This document shows, in pieces, positions 58,391-64,000 of a DNA stretch of 64,000 nucleotides (positions are counted from its first letter, which is position 1; every line of letters begins with the position of its first letter). The notes below the pieces were generated by a model, which made no database searches, had not been told where the DNA came from, and worked only from the letters and a program-made list of their open reading frames with translations. A program made the translations under genes and the position numbers. This DNA is from Polyangiaceae bacterium (GTDB taxonomy: Bacteria; Myxococcota_A; Polyangia; Polyangiales; Polyangiaceae): NCBI GenBank assembly GCA_965222375.1, contig CBDCTZ010000016.1:2432001-2496000 (forward strand). The letters run 5' to 3'.

Positions 58391-59751
58391 GCGAGCCCGC
58401 CAAAAGCGGCCGCCCCCGCAAGGGCACCCTCGTCTGGCAAAAACGCGGTTGGGCCGCGCGCATCTGGACGCTGGTCGACGGCGAGTGGATCCGCAAGACG
58501 ATCCCCCTCGGCACCACGAACAAGGTGGTGGCGCGCCGCAAGATGGCGCGACTCGTTGCCGAGGCGAACGCTGGTGCCGAAGTGGACTCAGTAGAGGCAA
58601 CCGCACCGGAGACCTTCGCCGTTGTAGCGGACCGCGTGCACAAGCAGCGCGTCCGGGACGGCGTGAGAGACGCCAAAAGCGAGTTGCAGCGCTTGAAGGC
58701 GTACGCCTTCGACGTCTTCGGCGAGGTGTCAGTAGCGGCCATCCGGTCTGCCGACGTCAACGCATGCTTGGACGCAGCGAAGGAAGCGGGCAGGTCACGG
58801 CAAACCGTGGCTCACCTGCGCCAGGATATTCGCAACGTGTTCGCGGCGGCCAAGCGCGACGGGACGATCAAGACCAACCCGGTCGACGAGTCCGAGATGC
58901 CGAAGTTCCCTGAAGCGGTGCAGAAGGAAAGGGCCGTGCTGACGGATCCCGAGCTGGCCGCGTACCTGGCTTGGCAGCACCCCGACGAACACCACGCCAT
59001 GGCGGTGCTGGAGCGCCAGGTCATGGCCTGCGTTGCGAGGATGTTCGGTGGCCTCCGTACGGGCGACCTCCACGCCTTGAGGTGGGACGCCTTCGACGTG
59101 GACGAAGGCGCGTTCACCTGTGGCTGGGCTCCCCGTCGGAAGACCAAGCGGCCGCAACTGCTGGGCGTTCCAGAGATGCTGCGACCGATCTTGCGGGACT
59201 GGTGGGAACGGGCCGGACGGCCCAAGGAAGGACTGGTTTTCCCTGCTCGGCGAGGCGAGCGGGCGGGAGAGTCCAAGCGTGGGGTGAGCCATGCAGCAGC
59301 TTTCAGGCGGGATCTGAAGCGCGCAATGGGGCTCGAGGTGTGCGAGAAGGTGACGACCACCCGGCGCAACACGCGCAAGCTGACCAGGAGCGTCTGGCGC
59401 CAGAAGCGCGAGATGACCCCGCGGGAGCGGCAGCTGTTCACAGACACGCCCTACACGCTGCCCGTGGACTTCCACAGCTGGCGTCGGGCGTTCTCCCAGG
59501 CCCTGGCCGATGCGGACGTCAACGCGCAGCAAGCGACGACACTGACCGGGCACGCGTCGCTGGCGGCCCACGCCCGCTACCTGGCGAACAGTGGGAAGCT
59601 CCGAGAGCTACCCGAGGCGGCGCTGCCTGCGCTGGGGGTTTTGTCCGTGCCACGGACAGAAGTCGGGTCGGGAAATCACGTTTCGAGGCGCGCCACTGTG
59701 GATTCGAACCACAGACCTTCGGCTCCGGAGGCCGACGCTCTATCCAGCTGA
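58387..59751 (+). CDS. int: Tyrosine recombinase/integrase; 3' end runs through att into the antisense tRNA
   Basis: Catalytic motifs GLRTGDL (R), FHSWRR (HxxR), LTGH, ARY (Tyr); TNPV motif. Confidence 0.93.
   Translation: MSEPAKSGRPRKGTLVWQKRGWAARIWTLVDGEWIRKTIPLGTTNKVVARRKMARLVAEANAGAEVDSVEATAPETFAVVADRVHKQRVRDGVRDAKSELQRLKAYAFDVFGEVSVAAIRSADVNACLDAAKEAGRSRQTVAHLRQDIRNVFAAAKRDGTIKTNPVDESEMPKFPEAVQKERAVLTDPELAAYLAWQHPDEHHAMAVLERQVMACVARMFGGLRTGDLHALRWDAFDVDEGAFTCGWAPRRKTKRPQLLGVPEMLRPILRDWWERAGRPKEGLVFPARRGERAGESKRGVSHAAAFRRDLKRAMGLEVCEKVTTTRRNTRKLTRSVWRQKREMTPRERQLFTDTPYTLPVDFHSWRRAFSQALADADVNAQQATTLTGHASLAAHARYLANSGKLRELPEAALPALGVLSVPRTEVGSGNHVSRRATVDSNHRPSAPEADALSS
59688..59732. repeat. 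Right att site within tRNA-Arg
   Basis: Identical to 46101-46145. Confidence 0.97.
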
Positions 59752-59762
59752 GCTAGTGGCGC
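59689..59762 (-). tRNA. tRNA-Arg (anticodon CCG)
   Basis: GCGCCAC/GTGGCGC acceptor stem, AGCTCAGCTGGATAGAGC D arm, TCGGC-CT-CCG-GA-GCCGA anticodon arm, GGTTCGAATCC T loop; CCA not encoded. Confidence 0.97.
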
Positions 59763-59777
59763 GTAGGGGGATGGGGT

Positions 59778-59806
59778 GTAGCAGAGCAGGGGCGCTCGAT
59801 CTACCC
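59778..59806. repeat. 29-bp direct repeat, copy 1 (probable tRNA promoter region)
   Basis: GTAGCAGAGCAGGGGCGCTCGATCTACCC, identical at 61719-61747. Confidence 0.85.
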
Positions 59807-60037
59807 GGCGCTTGGGTGAATGGCGCACGCTGTGCTGCGAACTGGCTGGCGACCACCCGTGCCGGCGCTTTGACAGGGCAGCGAGTTGCGCGACGGGGGG
59901 GCGGAGTGGCTCCGGCGCTTCGGGAGGGCCACCTGGTTGCGCGCGAGCGGGTGCCGGAAGGTAAGTTGGTCGCCAGCTCAGCCAAACTCAGCCGAGATTC
60001 ATGGCCCCGCCGGCCACCCTCGGGACATCTTCGATGG

Positions 60038-61690
60038 ATGAGACGCAGTCGCATGGCATGGGCGGTCGTTGGGATCGCGCTGGGGATTGGGTGCAGCTCT
60101 GCGAACTCCCCGGGCGGGTCGGCTCCTGGGTCGAGTGGTGACGCATCCGTCGATGCGACAGCGGGCACGGGCGGCAGCGGAGGTAGCAGTGGTGGCACTG
60201 GCGGCTCCGAGCCAGTGATTGATGCCGGCCTGGGTGGCGACGCCGGTGTTGCACTGGTGTCCCCCGAGACCTGCGCGGAGGCCGCGCAGGTCAAGAGCTA
60301 CGTCGGGTGTGAGTTTTGGCCCACGCCGGTCGCCAACACCTTGCCGTCGCTGTTCGACTTCACCGCCGTCGTCGCCAACACCACTTCAAAGCTCGCAAAC
60401 ATCGTGATCGAAGGCCACGGAACCAAGGTCCAAGGCCAGGTGGCTGCCAACAGCCTAGGCAAGTTCGCGCTGCCCTGGGTGCCCAAGCTGAAAGGGCCCA
60501 ACTTCGATCCTGTCACGGGCAACCAGCCGGTGACGGATACCGAGCGTGTGGCCGACGGAGCTTATCGGCTCACCAGCAGTGTGCCGGTCTCCGTCTACCA
60601 ATTCAACGCGCTGCAGTACAAGTCGGACAGCTCGGATCCAAACAAGGACTGGAGCGCGTGCGGCGCCGGAGGATGCTTCTCCTTTTCCAACGATGCGTCG
60701 CTCCTGCTTCCCACCACCGTTCTGACAGGTAACGTTCGGGTGATCGGCTACCCGGGTCTGAAAGACGGCGGGATCATGTCCTACGTGGCCATTACGGGGA
60801 CGCAGCAGGCAACGACGGTCAAACTGAAGCTCGGTGCGAAGAGTCACGTCGCCGCCGGTGGTGGCATTGCGGCAGCGGGACCGGGCCAAGTCGTCTCCTT
60901 TGCCTTGACGCGCGGGGAAGTGGTTCAGTTGGTGGGCACGACGGGCGCGGATTTCAGTGGCACTTTGATTCAAGCTGACAAGCCGGTTCAGGTCATCTCT
61001 GGCGTGCCCTGCATCTTCGTGCCCGATGGCGCCGGGGCCTGCGATCACATCGAGGAGAGTGTGTTCCCAGTGGAGACCTTGGGTAGCCACTACTTCGTGA
61101 CCGCGCCTACAGGACCCGACGGCAAACCGGTCAAACACGTGGTTCGCCTGGTCGGCAACGTGAACAATACGACGCTGACGTACGCGGGGAGTGTGCCGTC
61201 GGCGGCGCCCGCCACTCTTCAGGCGGGAGAAGTGGTTGATCTCGGAGTGGTTGACGGGAATTTCGAGGTCAAGGCAAGCCAAGAGTTCGGCGTGGCCACT
61301 TTCATGCTCGGTGCGACCATCGTGGACAAGAAAGACCATCTGGTTGGCGATCCGTCGCAATCCCTTTCGCCGGCGGTGCAGCAGTATCGGAAACGGTACG
61401 TCTTTCTGGCGCCGAACGACTACGACGTCAGCTATGCGGACATCGTTGTGCCGGATGGTGCGAGCGTGAAGGTCGATGGAAATCCGATCTCAGCCACGCC
61501 CACGTCCATCAGCGGTGGGCATTCGGTGGTGCGCGTGCAACTCGACAGCACAAAGAGCGGTGTGCACTCTCTCGAGAGCGACCTGCCGGTGGGGCTCCAG
61601 ATCCTGGGTTACGGCCGTTACACCAGTTACCAGTACCCCGGGGGGCTCAACCTGGGTCTGATCGCGTCGCCGCCACCGCCCATCAAATAG
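60038..61690 (+). CDS. IgGFc-binding-protein N-terminal domain lipoprotein
   Basis: Lipobox GIGC, SYVGCEFWPT, VYQFNAL, SNDASLLLP, ADKPVQVISG, CDHIEE, GDPS, SYQYPGG. Confidence 0.85.
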   Translation: MRRSRMAWAVVGIALGIGCSSANSPGGSAPGSSGDASVDATAGTGGSGGSSGGTGGSEPVIDAGLGGDAGVALVSPETCAEAAQVKSYVGCEFWPTPVANTLPSLFDFTAVVANTTSKLANIVIEGHGTKVQGQVAANSLGKFALPWVPKLKGPNFDPVTGNQPVTDTERVADGAYRLTSSVPVSVYQFNALQYKSDSSDPNKDWSACGAGGCFSFSNDASLLLPTTVLTGNVRVIGYPGLKDGGIMSYVAITGTQQATTVKLKLGAKSHVAAGGGIAAAGPGQVVSFALTRGEVVQLVGTTGADFSGTLIQADKPVQVISGVPCIFVPDGAGACDHIEESVFPVETLGSHYFVTAPTGPDGKPVKHVVRLVGNVNNTTLTYAGSVPSAAPATLQAGEVVDLGVVDGNFEVKASQEFGVATFMLGATIVDKKDHLVGDPSQSLSPAVQQYRKRYVFLAPNDYDVSYADIVVPDGASVKVDGNPISATPTSISGGHSVVRVQLDSTKSGVHSLESDLPVGLQILGYGRYTSYQYPGGLNLGLIASPPPPIK

Positions 61691-61718
61691 GCCGGCCTCG
61701 AAGCAGTCGCCGCCGGGA

Positions 61719-61747
61719 GTAGCAGAGCAGGGGCGCTCGATCTACCC
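61719..61747. repeat. 29-bp direct repeat, copy 2
   Basis: Identical to 59778-59806; ends 10 bp before the gloB start. Confidence 0.85.
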
Positions 61748-61757
61748 TCGGGCCGTC

Positions 61758-62525
61758 ATGAAGATCATTCCGGTTCCCTGCTTGAGCGACAATTTTGCGT
61801 ACCTGATTCATTGCGACGGTTCGACGGCGGCCGCTGTGGTGGACCCGAGTGAGCACGGTCCTGTGAAGAAAGCGTTGAGCGACCACGGGCTGCAACTCGA
61901 GGCGATCTTGAACACGCATCACCATTGGGATCACGTGGGGGCCAACGAGGCGTTGCTCAAAGAAAACCCCAAGCTGCGGGTGTTCGGACATGAGTCGGAC
62001 TCGGGACGGATCCCAGGCCAGACTGACGAGCTCCAGCACGGGGAGGAGTTCGAACTCTTGGGACTCAGCTTTCGCGCGCTGCACATCCCGGGGCACACGA
62101 CGGGCGCCGTGGCGTATGCGGTTCAGGATGCGGTGTTCACGGGGGATACGTTGTTCGCGGCGGGCTGCGGGCGGCTCTTCGAGGGCACGCCCGCCATGAT
62201 GTACACATCCCTGAACGAGACGCTGGCGGCGCTGCCGGACGCGACTCGGGTGTTCTTTGGGCACGAGTACACGCTGAACAACTTGAAGTTCGCGGCCCAG
62301 GTGGAGCCGAGCAATGCCGCGATCACGGAAAAGGCCGCGCGGGTGAAGCAACAGCTTGCGGCCGGCACGCCCTCGACGCCCACCACTCTGGCGGAGGAGC
62401 GCTTGACCAATCCCTTCATGCGCTGCGACGAGAAGACGGTGCGAGCGCACTACACTCAGCTCGCCGACGGCGCGAAGGCCCAGGATGTTCTCGGTGCCAT
62501 TCGCGCGGAGAAAGACTCGTTCTGA
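61758..62525 (+). CDS. gloB: Hydroxyacylglutathione hydrolase (glyoxalase II)
   Basis: DNFAYL, THHHWDHVG, PGHT, FTGDTLF..GCGRLFEG, GHEYT, ERLTNPFMR. Confidence 0.95.
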   Translation: MKIIPVPCLSDNFAYLIHCDGSTAAAVVDPSEHGPVKKALSDHGLQLEAILNTHHHWDHVGANEALLKENPKLRVFGHESDSGRIPGQTDELQHGEEFELLGLSFRALHIPGHTTGAVAYAVQDAVFTGDTLFAAGCGRLFEGTPAMMYTSLNETLAALPDATRVFFGHEYTLNNLKFAAQVEPSNAAITEKAARVKQQLAAGTPSTPTTLAEERLTNPFMRCDEKTVRAHYTQLADGAKAQDVLGAIRAEKDSF

Positions 62526-62528
62526 GCG

Positions 62529-63518
62529 ATGACGCGGCTCTCGTGGGTCCTGCTCGGCGCCAGCCTACTTCTGGGCTGTGACGCGTGCGGGAGCCACCAG
62601 ACCACCGACTCGGCCGCTGCGTCGACCCCGACGCCCATTCCCGCGGCCTCCGCGGCAACCGGCGCCACAGCTAGCGCGTCGCCGACCAAGCTCCGGGGCA
62701 AGCTGCAGCCCGCCAAAGAGCTTACCTTTAAATACGATGACACTCCCGCGGGGGGATTGGACGTGGTGGTTCGGATCCCGCCGCGCGTGAAGGGCGATCG
62801 CTTCCCGGTGCTGTTTGCATTCCACGGTCGGGGTGAGGCGTTCAAAGGACCTCGGCGCGGCGCTCGCGGCTGGATCGACGATTATTGGCTGCCCAAGGCG
62901 GAGGCACGGCTCTTCGCGCCGCCGCTGACGAGCAAAGATCTGCTGGGTCTGTCGGACGCGGCTCAGCTCGAGGGAATGAACGCGTCCCTGGCTTCGCAGC
63001 CCTATCGCGGGGTGATCGTGGTTTGCCCCTACACGCCGGACATTCTTCGAGGTCCTCGCAATCTGGATGCAGCTCGAGGCTTCGGTGGCTGGCTGGTGAA
63101 AGAACTGCTGCCCCGAGTGCATCGTGAAACGCCGAGCCTGAAGGGACGGGACTCCACAGGGATCGACGGCGTGAGCTTGGGTGGGCGGCTCTCGGTGCTG
63201 GTTGGCTTCGATCAGCCGAAGACCTTCGGTGTGGTGGCCGGTGTGCAAGCCGCCTTTGATGCGGAGGAAGTGGCCCGGGTCGTGGCACGAGCCAAGCGCG
63301 CGCGGGAGCAAGCCCAACAGACCGTTCGGCTGCTGACGAGTGACGGAGACTTCTTTCTCAATGCCAACAAGGTGTTGTCTACCCAGCTGAAGGCCGCGGG
63401 GGTGGCCAACCGCCTGGACGTCGTGCCCGGCCCCCACGACTACAAGTTCAACCGGGGGCCCGGCGTGTACGAGATGCTGCTCTTCCACGACCGCGCGCTG
63501 CGCAAGGGGAAGAAGTAG
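62529..63518 (+). CDS. Esterase-family alpha/beta hydrolase lipoprotein
   Basis: Lipobox LLGC, FHGRGE, GVSLGG, GPHDY. Confidence 0.8.
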   Translation: MTRLSWVLLGASLLLGCDACGSHQTTDSAAASTPTPIPAASAATGATASASPTKLRGKLQPAKELTFKYDDTPAGGLDVVVRIPPRVKGDRFPVLFAFHGRGEAFKGPRRGARGWIDDYWLPKAEARLFAPPLTSKDLLGLSDAAQLEGMNASLASQPYRGVIVVCPYTPDILRGPRNLDAARGFGGWLVKELLPRVHRETPSLKGRDSTGIDGVSLGGRLSVLVGFDQPKTFGVVAGVQAAFDAEEVARVVARAKRAREQAQQTVRLLTSDGDFFLNANKVLSTQLKAAGVANRLDVVPGPHDYKFNRGPGVYEMLLFHDRALRKGKK

Positions 63519-63700
63519 CCCCAGGCCTGTGCCGATGCGCCCAGGCGATGAAGTGCTACCGCCCCCTGTGACGAGGCGCCTGCGACGACCCTCCAGTCAT
63601 AGCCGGCGTCATCGAAGGAGTGGCTGCGCCTCCATGAACCCGCCGCGTGTTCGGCGCGATCTCAGCCAGCGCCGCGTGCAGTGCCCCGTTCGACCGCAGC

Positions 63701-64000
63701 CTAGCCATAGCCTTCGTCAGCGAGCAGGCCGAGCAGGCCTCGCACGGATCCACCGCCCCGATGCTCGAACGCCAAGCCGGCCTCGCCTCCGCCTACCCAC
63801 GCCACTCGAGCCTCCAGAGCCAGGGGCTCCCAGCGGTCCGGTGCCTGGACCCGAAGCTCCACGGAAAGTCCTGTGGATATCTCGTTGGCGAGCTCGATTC
63901 GCGCCCCTCCCAGGCACAAATCCACGATTTTCACGCTGTCGGAAAGGCCCATGCTGGGTGCCGAAAGCTGTCCACTCAGGCCGACGGGTCGGCGCTCGAA
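63701..64000 (-). CDS. PilZ domain protein (5' end outside window)
   Basis: Frame open to the window edge (FERRPV...), DLCLGGA, ARVAW....AGLAF. Confidence 0.75.
   Translation of the reverse strand, partial: FERRPVGLSGQLSAPSMGLSDSVKIVDLCLGGARIELANEISTGLSVELRVQAPDRWEPLALEARVAWVGGGEAGLAFEHRGGGSVRGLLGLLADEGYG

Larger units (their letters stand above)
46101..59732. mobile_element. tRNA-Arg-integrated ~13.6 kb element (candidate phage satellite or reduced prophage)
   Basis: 45-bp direct repeats, tyrosine integrase at the tRNA end, xis-like, replication, terminase-like and tape-measure genes inside. Confidence 0.93.

Noticed and set aside
59686..59689. tRNA damaged by integration because CCA is missing
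   Set aside because: The displaced original end at 46101 also lacks CCA, and post-transcriptional CCA addition is common.
59591..60037. N-terminal extension of the 699-aa ORF
   Set aside because: It overlaps int and the tRNA, and the signal peptide begins at ATG 60038.

Overview
GC-rich DNA with the gene content of a myxobacterium, probably Polyangiaceae-like (inferred from a MYXO-CTERM protein, AgmX/PglI-type domains, many Gly-linker/Cys-rich lipoproteins and a eukaryote-like Ser/Thr kinase). Positions 1-46100 and 59800-64000 are host genes: enzymes, lipoproteins, a rhombosortase with its VIT-vWA target, and a tandem pair of large FecR-like/VIT/vWA/TonB-C-like/TPR proteins. The main feature is a ~13.6 kb element integrated in tRNA-Arg(CCG), bounded by a perfect 45-bp direct repeat (46101-46145 and 59688-59732). 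It encodes a tyrosine integrase, HTH and excisionase-like proteins, a phage-type replication initiator and helicase loader, TerS-like and TerL-like proteins (TerL Walker A is deviant), a lone tape-measure protein, an unannotated 40-aa peptide, a DUF4145/HEPN protein and an RHH regulator. I recognise no capsid, portal, tail tube/sheath, lysis or CI repressor genes, so it is a candidate new type of phage satellite, although a deleted prophage is not excluded. The att core lies inside the integrase ORF, so excision would swap the Int C-terminus and join the int operon to the replication operon. All product calls come from motif recognition by eye; no database searches were run.
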